From assembly GCA_937950635.1 (NCBI GenBank), contig CALFCX010000161.1, positions 1 to 50,202 of the forward strand: 50,202 nucleotides of DNA, given 5' to 3'. The translations under genes were made by a program, and so were the position numbers. Each line of letters opens with the position of its first letter. Positions within the stretch are counted from its first letter, which is position 1. Shown one piece after another: positions 17,171-26,095 of the stretch. Source of the stretch: an uncultured bacterium (GTDB lineage Bacteria > Margulisbacteria > WOR-1 > JAKLHX01). A model generated the notes under the pieces. That model did not search any database and was not told where the DNA came from. It saw only the letters and a program-made list of their open reading frames with translations.

Positions 17171-17782
17171 TTAGAGTGCTTTTTCTTCGCTCATCTTCAG
17201 AAGGACGGTCCTTGAGCTTCTTTCGGCCTCTTCAAGCTTCATTCTTATCGATTTAGCGGTCTTTGATAGTTCCGGTATCAGTATATATTCCAGCGCGTTC
17301 ACCCGTCTTCTTGTTTCGGTTATCTGTTTTGAAAGCAGTTTCAGGGATTCGAGCTGCGCGGCAAAGTCCAAAAGCTCCGGAAGAATGCGCTTAAAATCCC
17401 TTGCCGCCTCAAAGAACTCTATGCTGCGCCCCGCAAGCCTTTCCGGTTCCCTGTCGGAAAAGGACGGTTCATAATGCGGAAGGCTTATCCCCATCACATT
17501 CCTATAGCTGGCTTTGATGTCAAGAACCGAGGTCTCTTCCCCAGAAGCTATAAGGTGGGATTGTAGCGAAAGCGCACTTGCGGACGCCGATCTGGCAAAT
17601 AATCGGCGCAGCGGCGTTTCAAGCCTGTCGTAGAATCTCGAGAATCTCTTTTTCGCGGACAGGAATTCGGCCACCAAGCCGTCAAGCTTGTCCTTGAGCA
17701 GCTTGTGTCCTCTCTTCGCCAGGTCCAGCCGGCGCTTCAAGAGGACCAGCTGCATCCTTGTTGGATTAACTTTTATCCGCAT
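17171..17782 (-). CDS. atpD: V/A-type ATP synthase subunit D (central stalk)
   Basis: 203 aa. N-terminal [15 protein letters not shown], typical of subunit D. Last gene of the operon. Confidence 0.85.
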   Translation of the reverse strand: MRIKVNPTRMQLVLLKRRLDLAKRGHKLLKDKLDGLVAEFLSAKKRFSRFYDRLETPLRRLFARSASASALSLQSHLIASGEETSVLDIKASYRNVMGISLPHYEPSFSDREPERLAGRSIEFFEAARDFKRILPELLDFAAQLESLKLLSKQITETRRRVNALEYILIPELSKTAKSIRMKLEEAERSSRTVLLKMSEEKAL

Positions 17783-19127
17783 ATTTTTCAGCTATTTCCG
17801 GTTTTATGCGCTTCCACTCTTCCTTAGGAAGTATTTTGAGCAGCTTCCAGGAAACACGCAGAGTCTCCTCTATAGAACGGGATTCGTTCTGACCCTGACG
17901 GATAAAATGCTTTTCGAACTCATTGGCGAACTCCAGATATTTTTTGTCGGTATCCGAAAGCGCCGCTTCTCCCAGTATGACCACCAGTTCCCTCACTTCC
18001 CTTCCTCTGGCGTAAGAAGCGAAAAGCTGATTGGCTACCGAAGCGTGATCTTCCCTAGTCCGGCCTTCGCCTATGGCTTTATCTCTTAAGCGCGAAAGGG
18101 ACGGGAGCGGATCGACCGGAGGATAAATGCCTTTTCTTTCAAGATCGCGGCTCAGTATTATCTGACCTTCCGTAATATACCCGGTAAGGTCGGGAATAGG
18201 GTGCGTTTTGTCATCGTCAGGCATTGTCAAGATAGGTATCAGGGTTATTGATCCTGCCTGGCCTTTTATGCGACCGGCCCTTTCGTAAAGAGTGGCAAGG
18301 TCTGTATAAAGATACCCGGGATATCCCCTTCTTCCCGGCACCTCCCTGCGGGCCGCCGAAACTTCTCTCAAACTCTCGCAGTAACTGGTCATATCCGTAA
18401 GAACTACCAGCACGTGCATGCCGACATCAAAAGCCAGATATTCGGCGGCGGTAAGCGCCAGGCGGGGAGTTGCGATCCTTTCTATGGCCGGGTCTGAAGC
18501 AAGGTTTATAAAAAGCACGGAATTTTCGATAGCACCGGTCTTTCTGAAACCCGATATAAAAAATTCAGCCTCTTCATACGTAATGCCCATAGCGCCGAAG
18601 ACAACTGCAAAAGACTCTTCTTTACCGCGCACTTTGGCCTGGTGCGCTATTTGGGCCGCAAGACGTGAATGAGGGAGCCCCGAAGCCGAGAATATGGGCA
18701 GTTTTTGCCCTCTGGAAAGAGTATTCAATCCGTCTATCGTAGAGATTCCTGTCTGTATGAAATCGTTCGGATAATCCCTGGAAAATGGATTTATGGGAAG
18801 ACCGTTCACGTCCAGCCTTTTTGTCGGGATAAGTTCCGGGATCCCGTCTATCGGCCTTCCAAGACCCGAGAATATCCTTCCGGTCATATCGGGCGCTACG
18901 GCCAGCTCAAGCGACCTGCCCTTGAAAGAAAGACTCACTGTTTTCAGGTCCAGCCCTTCGGTACCCTCGAATACCTGAACAAGCGCTTTATCGCCGTTCA
19001 GCTCAAGGACTTTGCCAAGGCGGGATTCGCCAGACCTCAGTTTTATCTCGACAAGCTCGTCATAAGCGGCATCAGAAACGCCGTCAACAAGCATCAACGG
19101 TCCCGTTATTTCAGATATTTTAACCAT
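17766..19127 (-). CDS. atpB: V/A-type ATP synthase subunit B
   Basis: About 453 aa. [12 protein letters not shown]-terminus, non-catalytic P-loop-like region, [21 protein letters not shown] motif. ATG 19127 is preceded by GGAGG; the ORF track's 19151 start has no SD. Confidence 0.9.
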   Translation of the reverse strand: MVKISEITGPLMLVDGVSDAAYDELVEIKLRSGESRLGKVLELNGDKALVQVFEGTEGLDLKTVSLSFKGRSLELAVAPDMTGRIFSGLGRPIDGIPELIPTKRLDVNGLPINPFSRDYPNDFIQTGISTIDGLNTLSRGQKLPIFSASGLPHSRLAAQIAHQAKVRGKEESFAVVFGAMGITYEEAEFFISGFRKTGAIENSVLFINLASDPAIERIATPRLALTAAEYLAFDVGMHVLVVLTDMTSYCESLREVSAARREVPGRRGYPGYLYTDLATLYERAGRIKGQAGSITLIPILTMPDDDKTHPIPDLTGYITEGQIILSRDLERKGIYPPVDPLPSLSRLRDKAIGEGRTREDHASVANQLFASYARGREVRELVVILGEAALSDTDKKYLEFANEFEKHFIRQGQNESRSIEETLRVSWKLLKILPKEEWKRIKPEIAEKYADKS

Positions 19128-20850
19128 GGCGACCTCCGCTTCTAAGCGCATTTATGGAGCTTGCTACCCGCTCCGGCAAATTTGTCACATCCTCATCTTT
19201 CATGAAACGAGCACCGGCTATCTGCCCGACCACTTCGCTCTTTTTGAGCTGTTCCAGATCGACGCCTTCCTCAACCGCAGGCGATCCTTTCACAAAGAAC
19301 TCAACGATGGATTTGAGCATGTAATATTGTTTTTTGAGCGAGGAATACTGGTCAACCTGGTCAAAAGCGCTTTGATAAAGGAAGTCCTCGCGTATCATTT
19401 TTGAAACGAACAGAACAAGCTGCTCCTTTTTAGAGATAGATTCAAGCCCTACAAGGCGGACTATCTCTTCGAGTTCCGCTTCCTGCGCCAGAAGCTTCAT
19501 AGCCTCCGCTCTTACTTCGGCCATGTCCTCCGCTATCTCTTTCGAAAAGAACTCCGACAAATTAGGGAGATAAAGAGAATAAGACAAAAGCCAGTTTATT
19601 GCGGGAAAATGTCTTTTGTGCGCGAGTCCTTCATCCAGCGCCCAGAATACTTTTGTAACTCGCAGAGTATTTTGGACCACCGGTTCGGACATGTCTCCGC
19701 CCGGAGGGGATACGGACCCTATCAGAGTCAAAGACCCATCCCTCTCCGGCTTCCCGAAACACTTGCCCCTTCCGGCCCGTTCATAAAAATCGGCAAGACG
19801 CGAACCGAGATAAGCGGGATATCCTTCTTCCCCTGGCATCTCCTCAAGCCTGCCGGACATCTCTCTCAAAGCTTCCGCCCAGCGCGATGTGGAGTCGGCC
19901 ATCATTGCGACGTTATATCCCATATCCCTGAAATATTCGGCTATAGCGGCGCCTGTATATACGGAAGCTTCTCTGGCGGCTATGGGCATGTTGGAAGTGT
20001 TGGCTATCAGTATGGTTTTTTCAAGAAGAGGCCTGCCGGTCTTTGGGTCTTTCAATGTCGGGAATTCTTTTAAAACGTCCGTCATTTCGTTGCCGCGTTC
20101 ACCGCAACCCACAAAAACTATAAGGTCGGCATCGGACCATTTTGCCATCTGATGCTGTATCACGGTCTTTCCGGCGCCAAAAGGTCCCGGCGCGCAGGCG
20201 GCTCCGCCTTTGCCTATCGGGAAAAAGGTATCTATGATCCTCTGTCCCGTTACCAGCGGAGAATCGACCGGCGACTTCTGCAATAACATCCGGCGGCGCC
20301 TGACAGGCCATTTTTGCAGCATCGAAATTTTTTGCCCCTCGATCACGGCCACCGTTTCGTCCACGGAAAAAGCTCCGGCCTTTATGGTCTCAACCTTTCC
20401 GCTTATACCGTAAGGCACCATTATCTTATGTTTTATCAACGGGGTCTCTTCGACCTGCCCGATTATGTCTCCGGCGCTGACTACATCTCCTTCTTTCACG
20501 GAAGGGACAAACGACCACTTCTTCTCCCTCGAAACGGACGGGACATCTATCCCCCTTTCGATGAAATAACCTGAGACGTTGACGATATCTTCCAGAGGCC
20601 TCTGGATCCCGTCAAAGATCCCTCCGATCAGTCCTGGCGCCAATTCCACGGAAAGAGGGCTGCCCGTATTGATCGCCTCATCGCCTATTTTTAATCCGGA
20701 TGTTTCTTCATACACCTGTATCGAAGCGTTCTTACCGCGCAACTCCACGACCTCGCCTATCAAACGCTTGCCTCCCAGGCGCACAAGATCCCCTTTTTTA
20801 GCTCCCTCAACCTCGGCAATGACCAGCGGCCCCGATATTTTTTTTATCAT
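19120..20850 (-). CDS. atpA: V/A-type ATP synthase catalytic subunit A
   Basis: 576 aa. Walker [10 protein letters not shown], the non-homologous insert region typical of A subunits, and [27 protein letters not shown]. Confidence 0.92.
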   Translation of the reverse strand: MIKKISGPLVIAEVEGAKKGDLVRLGGKRLIGEVVELRGKNASIQVYEETSGLKIGDEAINTGSPLSVELAPGLIGGIFDGIQRPLEDIVNVSGYFIERGIDVPSVSREKKWSFVPSVKEGDVVSAGDIIGQVEETPLIKHKIMVPYGISGKVETIKAGAFSVDETVAVIEGQKISMLQKWPVRRRRMLLQKSPVDSPLVTGQRIIDTFFPIGKGGAACAPGPFGAGKTVIQHQMAKWSDADLIVFVGCGERGNEMTDVLKEFPTLKDPKTGRPLLEKTILIANTSNMPIAAREASVYTGAAIAEYFRDMGYNVAMMADSTSRWAEALREMSGRLEEMPGEEGYPAYLGSRLADFYERAGRGKCFGKPERDGSLTLIGSVSPPGGDMSEPVVQNTLRVTKVFWALDEGLAHKRHFPAINWLLSYSLYLPNLSEFFSKEIAEDMAEVRAEAMKLLAQEAELEEIVRLVGLESISKKEQLVLFVSKMIREDFLYQSAFDQVDQYSSLKKQYYMLKSIVEFFVKGSPAVEEGVDLEQLKKSEVVGQIAGARFMKDEDVTNLPERVASSINALRSGGRHG

Positions 20851-20852
20851 TT

Positions 20853-21152
20853 CTACCCAGCTCCTGTTGCTTTCATTGTAAGACCCTCCAGTGTTGCGCT
20901 GAAAACCCCGGTTTTTTTACCGTGTCCGGGAATAACAACTATATTCAGACCCGAAGAAGCCTTTTCCATCTCTTCCGGATTCAGTTCGGCGGCTTCTTCC
21001 GTCACGAACACCACTTTATAATCCCCGTCCGACGCAATATGGGTCATAACTTCAGAAAATTTTCCGGAAGTCCCTGCATCGAACACCTTTACGCCGCTCA
21101 GTGCGAGCGCCGGCAGAACCGATCTATCGGCTATAATGGCCACTTTAGACAT
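20853..21152 (-). CDS. atpF: V/A-type ATP synthase subunit F
   Basis: 99 aa. KVAIIADRSVLPALALSGVKVF pattern typical of subunit F. Its position between C and A matches canonical operons. Confidence 0.75.
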   Translation of the reverse strand: MSKVAIIADRSVLPALALSGVKVFDAGTSGKFSEVMTHIASDGDYKVVFVTEEAAELNPEEMEKASSGLNIVVIPGHGKKTGVFSATLEGLTMKATGAG

Positions 21153-21858
21153 ATGACATCCTCAACATCGGCCGGATACTTTCAAAAGGCTGCCCCAGCT
21201 TTTTTGATGACATTATCAATCTCAAATTTTTTATCTCTGTTTCCTTCGCAAAAAAGAAGCCCAACAACGGATCTATGCCAAAAGCCTCATATTTAGCGGT
21301 TTTTACTATGCCCATACAAAAGTCGTCCTCTTCTTTCTCCAGCTGCGAAAGCCCCCCGGACCTCTTGACCTCTTCAATCCCTCTGCCTATTTGTTTCGCA
21401 AGATCTGAGAAGGCATATTTTTTTTCAACGATCTCTGAGGATGTCTTTTTATCAAAAAACATCCACTTTATTTCATGAAATATCTGTTTCGCGGCGGCAA
21501 GATCCCGAAATATCTTGCTTTTCGTCAGCTTGCCTGTTCGCCGCATTGACGACAAATACTCTTCTCCGCTTAAACGTCCTGCGTACCTGGACAACAGGAC
21601 TTTTATTTCCGGGCTATCCGGACAAAGCTCTCCCATCAAAGACGTCAACCACGATATCTCCCTGTCCAAAAGAAGATCAAAATCGAAAGATCTTTCCAGC
21701 TTCTGTATGCGTTCCGACCAGTGGCGGTTCTCGGAAAGGACCGCAAAAGCCGTTTCAAAATCCTTCGCCGAAGCGGCCCGCAAGAGGGTCTCTCCGTCCA
21801 GCAGAAAAGCTTCTTTCGCTCTTATGCGCCCGACGGCATAAGACAGGCTTTCACTCAT
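21145..21858 (-). CDS. atpC: V/A-type ATP synthase subunit C (d), short form
   Basis: 237 aa. Y.VGRIRAKEAFLL N-terminus and C-terminal E.KNLRLI motif, as in the AC39/d family. Shorter than the roughly 320-350 aa I recall for characterised homologues. Confidence 0.65.
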   Translation of the reverse strand: MSESLSYAVGRIRAKEAFLLDGETLLRAASAKDFETAFAVLSENRHWSERIQKLERSFDFDLLLDREISWLTSLMGELCPDSPEIKVLLSRYAGRLSGEEYLSSMRRTGKLTKSKIFRDLAAAKQIFHEIKWMFFDKKTSSEIVEKKYAFSDLAKQIGRGIEEVKRSGGLSQLEKEEDDFCMGIVKTAKYEAFGIDPLLGFFFAKETEIKNLRLIMSSKKLGQPFESIRPMLRMSYV

Positions 21859-22174
21859 ACAATATTCTCCCGATCTCTATCTCTTTGCGTTCCCTTTCTT
21901 TTTCAGGGAGCGCAGACAGCAATTTGTCAAGCACTTTCCGCTTTTCTTCAAGCACCCTTTTTTTTGCTTCCAGACGGGCCGGAATAAGTATGCCGCGTTT
22001 TTCTTCCTCGGCTTTTTCCCGGGCTTTCTTCTTTCCATCTTCGATTATAATTGCGGCTTCTTTCTCGGCAGCCGATATTATTTCCGCGGCCGAATGTTCG
22101 GCGGAACTTATTATTTCATGAGCTTTTTCTTCGGCCTCCGAAAGTATCCGCTTTTCAATATCTTTTAAGGCCAT
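21851..22174 (-). CDS. atpE: V/A-type ATP synthase subunit E-like peripheral stalk protein (N-terminal helix only)
   Basis: 107 aa, K/E/A-rich coiled coil (ILSEAEEKAHEIISSAE...). It sits in the E position between K and C but is about half the usual E length. Confidence 0.5.
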   Translation of the reverse strand: MALKDIEKRILSEAEEKAHEIISSAEHSAAEIISAAEKEAAIIIEDGKKKAREKAEEEKRGILIPARLEAKKRVLEEKRKVLDKLLSALPEKERERKEIEIGRILYE

Positions 22175-22176
22175 AT

Positions 22177-22698
<522 letters not shown>

Positions 22699-24648
22699 TT
22701 ATTTGTCCGTTATCATCACATATTTTGTCTCATACCCGAACGGCTTGAACTCTCGTCCGCTCCCCGAATAAAACTTGCTGAAGAACTCCACTAACTGGAG
22801 ACGCGCCGAATGTATGAAAGCGCTCAGAACAGATATTACCAGATTAAAGATGTGGCCAAAGATCAGTATCGCGGCCATGATCAGATATCCGACAAAAGGT
22901 ATCCCGGCAGTAAGTCCCGCAATAAGGTTTATCACCATGCCTATTATGGATGTTGTCATCATCAGGGCAAGCAATCTTGAATAAGAAAGGGTGTCCCCCA
23001 GAAAACCGGTAGTTCTATAAAGGCTCAATATCCCTGTAAGCGATTTTTTGAATATGCCTTGTTCCTTCCTTCCCTGTGTCAGAACCAGGAGCGCCGCTCC
23101 GGCGATCGCCAAACGCGAGAAAACCGGGACAGCGGACGGCATAGCCACCGATACCGCGGCAAATCCCGACAGAGAAACAAGGAAAAAGATCCACAAGCCG
23201 TCATCCAAGAGTCCGTCCAGCCAATCGCCTTTGGAAAATTTTATCACCATTGCCACGAACACGCCGAAAATATTCTGGAGGAGCCCTAACCCCACGGAAA
23301 GCAGCAATACCGCCAGAGGGCTTTTTATCGGATCTATAAAGCGGAGCTTTATCAAAACAGGGCCTACAGGAGCCGGAATTATCCCGAGATCAATGCTGAA
23401 GTAAGTTCCCGTAAGCACCCCCAGAAAAATGGTAGCGATACCGCCCATCAAAAGAAGCAGAAGAAGCTTTTTCCCTCCTTCTGACAAGGTAAGGGTCCTC
23501 AGGAAATAAGCGGAAATTACGGCAAGAACAATGCCGTACCCCACATCAGAAAGACACATCGCAAAGAACAGTATATAGAAGAAAGAAAGCGGTCCCGTAG
23601 GATCGGTCTCGCCCTTGCCGGGGAACCCGAATATTGCTGTTATAAGTTCAAAAGGATATAAGATGCCTTTGTTCTGCAATAACGCGGGAGGCTCTTCTCC
23701 TTTTTCAGGCTCGATCTTTTCCAGGGCGCTCGACGGGATCTTTGTTTCTATCTCCGTCTTTAGGCAAGACAGCCTGTCTTTAGGGACCCATCCGGTCACA
23801 TAAAAAACCTTCTTCGTAAGGCCGGCTTTGCGTTCAGCGGCTTTTTTGATCGATTGCTGGTAAAAATAGTCGTATATTTTCATAAGTGCCGGGAGTTCGG
23901 GGACATATCTTCCCATGTCGGCAAGGATCCCCATTTTTCTTTTTAAAGCCTCGGTTCGCGCCGTCTCTATTGCCCTTATCTCATCTTTGACGCTTCTCTC
24001 TGATAAAGGCAGGTTCGTTCTTATAAAAGAATACCTGGACAACAACTCCTCGAGGTTTTTTTCTCCGGACATATGAAACACAATAAAGTAAGAATTGTCC
24101 CCGTCAGACGAGATCTTTTGTACTGCCGTTTCCGGAAAGTCCTTCAGGACCTCTTGGGCGAACCGTTGCTCTTTTTTTGTTCTGACCGACCCCGCTATCA
24201 CGCATGTTCTTTTCGTGCAAACCAGCTGCTTGAGAGGTAAACCCAATGAGACCCAGGGGACAAGCGCGTCCTTTTCCTTATCCAAATTATCCAAAAGATT
24301 CTCGACGTTCGCAAGATCCAGCTCAAGGGCTCGCACTCTGGCGACCGCATCCTGCCAATCATATTGCCCGGCCGTTTCTTTCAGGTCTTTCAGGGATATC
24401 GGCTCCTTATAAGGGGCGAAATTCTCTATAAAGCTCTTTTTTTTGCCGGAAAGGCGCGTTAGAAAAAAGATAGCCCTTTCTATTTCTGGAAGAGACGCTT
24501 CTTCCTTGGACGGCTCATCCTGAACATGCTGAGGGTTCGGCCCTTGGGACAGCTGAAGGACCTTCGATTTCTGCAGAACGGATAACAACCTCTCCTTTTC
24601 GCTGATATGCGCGGCAACGGCGATCTTCTGCATTTCGGCTATCGGCAT
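22699..24648 (-). CDS. atpI: V/A-type ATP synthase subunit I (a)
   Basis: 649 aa. Soluble N-terminal half with coiled-coil segments plus about 7-8 C-terminal TM helices, including the essential Arg region (SYSRLLAL). Confidence 0.85.
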   Translation of the reverse strand: MPIAEMQKIAVAAHISEKERLLSVLQKSKVLQLSQGPNPQHVQDEPSKEEASLPEIERAIFFLTRLSGKKKSFIENFAPYKEPISLKDLKETAGQYDWQDAVARVRALELDLANVENLLDNLDKEKDALVPWVSLGLPLKQLVCTKRTCVIAGSVRTKKEQRFAQEVLKDFPETAVQKISSDGDNSYFIVFHMSGEKNLEELLSRYSFIRTNLPLSERSVKDEIRAIETARTEALKRKMGILADMGRYVPELPALMKIYDYFYQQSIKKAAERKAGLTKKVFYVTGWVPKDRLSCLKTEIETKIPSSALEKIEPEKGEEPPALLQNKGILYPFELITAIFGFPGKGETDPTGPLSFFYILFFAMCLSDVGYGIVLAVISAYFLRTLTLSEGGKKLLLLLLMGGIATIFLGVLTGTYFSIDLGIIPAPVGPVLIKLRFIDPIKSPLAVLLLSVGLGLLQNIFGVFVAMVIKFSKGDWLDGLLDDGLWIFFLVSLSGFAAVSVAMPSAVPVFSRLAIAGAALLVLTQGRKEQGIFKKSLTGILSLYRTTGFLGDTLSYSRLLALMMTTSIIGMVINLIAGLTAGIPFVGYLIMAAILIFGHIFNLVISVLSAFIHSARLQLVEFFSKFYSGSGREFKPFGYETKYVMITDK

Positions 24649-24935
24649 ATTTTTTTCGCCTCTTCAAGCCTTGATGCGGCTTTTTTCTTGATGGCTTCCG
24701 CTTCTTTTTCGCTGTTCTCTTCTATTATTTTCCGTTCTTTCTCGGCTGCGGCAAGCGCGTCGGACACAATGACCGCGGCATTTTCCTTTGCTGCTTTTTT
24801 TGCCTCCGAAATCATGTTCTCGGCCGCGGTTTTTGCTCTTGATATTATCAGACTCTTCTCTTTTTCTGCCGAAGCCACCGTTTCAGCGGCCCGTTCTTCG
24901 ATCGATAGGATAGATTGAATTATTTCTATAGGCAT
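24639..24935 (-). CDS. V/A-type ATP synthase small peripheral-stalk subunit (G/H-like coiled coil)
   Basis: About 98 aa, A/E/K-rich helix (ERAAETVASAEKEKSLIISRAK...). First gene of the operon, as in Thermus/Enterococcus-type operons. ATG 24935 preferred; the ORF track uses TTG 24944. Confidence 0.5.
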   Translation of the reverse strand: MPIEIIQSILSIEERAAETVASAEKEKSLIISRAKTAAENMISEAKKAAKENAAVIVSDALAAAEKERKIIEENSEKEAEAIKKKAASRLEEAKKICR

Positions 24936-24948
24936 GGGGGTCAAAAAG

Positions 24949-24957
24949 ATTATATCA
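24949..24957 (-). promoter_or_regulatory. Extended -10 promoter TGATATAAT at the head of the V/A-ATPase operon
   Basis: Minus strand reads TGATATAAT ctttttgaccccc ATG. It lies 13 nt from ATG 24935 (4 nt from TTG 24944), and no SD is visible. Confidence 0.4.
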
Positions 24958-24982
24958 CGGGAAAGAGGTCGAAAAAATGCGG

Positions 24983-26095
24983 TTATTTTTTAGTCTTTTT
25001 GGCCGGCACGGTCTTCTTTTTAGCCGCCGGCTGAACGGCTTTCGCGTTTGTCTTGGACGGCCCTTTTTTTATCTCGGCTTTAGGCGGCAGGGGCTTAACG
25101 ATCTCTTTTTTAGGACCATCCTTTAACTCCGGACCGGAAATGCATATGGAAAAGAAATGGGTGGAAAGTTCCGGCAGCCCTGCAAAAGTATGGTACGCGT
25201 AATCAAAGGAGAATGTCTTGAATTCCAGGCCGACGCCCGCGGACATATTGGTCATGGCCGATCCGGCATTAGGTTTCTGGTCGAACCCCAGCCTGAGCTT
25301 AAGCAGGTCTACCGGGGACCATTCACATCCCCCCCTGAACAACAGGGCCCTGTCCGATACGATATCAATATCCAGATCCGCCAAAAGCTTTGCATTCGTG
25401 AAATATCTTGAGATGCCGGCGTTCACGGACATCGGAAGTTCGTCATTGCCCAGGTTGTTCCCGGGTATAATATTCTTAAATGCCAGACCGAATTTCGTCT
25501 CCTCGTTGATCTTCGTTATCATGCCTAAGTCTATGTCGAAGCCGTTCAATTCCCTGGCTTCAAAGCTTGAAAATCCGGAAAAACCCTGGCTGACCATTTT
25601 TACCGAAACGCCCGCTTTGGCCGATGAAAGTACTTTTGCTTTCGAAAAGAAAGGGATGCTTATCAGGTCGGTCGCATAAACAAGATTAACGGAGCTGTTG
25701 TTAAAACTCCCTTCGTTACCGGTCATTTCAGGGACTCCGCCGACCATAACGGTCTCTCTTATGCCGCCCACCTGAAGCCCGGCATATCCCAGACCGAAAC
25801 TCCCGCCCCACATTGGCATGCTTACGCCTACGACATTATACGGGACTTCCGCCATCAAGCTGCCCCACATGGTAAGGAACTTCACGCTTTTCTTCTGGTC
25901 CAGTCCGGCGGGGTTCGTGAAAAGGGAGGAATTGTCGTCGGCTATCGCCGTATATGCTCTGCCCATACCAAGCGGCCTGGCTCCTATCCCAATGTCGGTG
26001 GGATCAAGGGCTTGGGACGCAATAGCGCTGTTCCCGTAAAAGACAAACACAAAAGCAAAACAGGCCGATAATAGTCTTAATTTGTCTGTTTTCAT
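24983..26095 (-). CDS. PorV/PorQ-like (FadL-fold) outer-membrane beta-barrel protein with a Lys/Pro/Ala-rich C-terminal tail
   Basis: 370 aa. Signal peptide (LSACFAFVFVFYGNSAIA). N-terminal GIGARPLGMGRAYTAIADDNSSLFTNPAGL motif, as I recall for the PorV/PorQ family. Beta-strand periodicity, then a 45-aa K/P/A tail. Confidence 0.5.
   Translation of the reverse strand: MKTDKLRLLSACFAFVFVFYGNSAIASQALDPTDIGIGARPLGMGRAYTAIADDNSSLFTNPAGLDQKKSVKFLTMWGSLMAEVPYNVVGVSMPMWGGSFGLGYAGLQVGGIRETVMVGGVPEMTGNEGSFNNSSVNLVYATDLISIPFFSKAKVLSSAKAGVSVKMVSQGFSGFSSFEARELNGFDIDLGMITKINEETKFGLAFKNIIPGNNLGNDELPMSVNAGISRYFTNAKLLADLDIDIVSDRALLFRGGCEWSPVDLLKLRLGFDQKPNAGSAMTNMSAGVGLEFKTFSFDYAYHTFAGLPELSTHFFSICISGPELKDGPKKEIVKPLPPKAEIKKGPSKTNAKAVQPAAKKKTVPAKKTKK

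Noticed and set aside
24945-24982. TTG 24944 as the start of the first V-ATPase gene, which would make it truly leaderless.
   Set aside because: It is only 4 nt from the -10 hexamer, too close for a normal TSS. ATG 24935 is preferred, but neither is proven.
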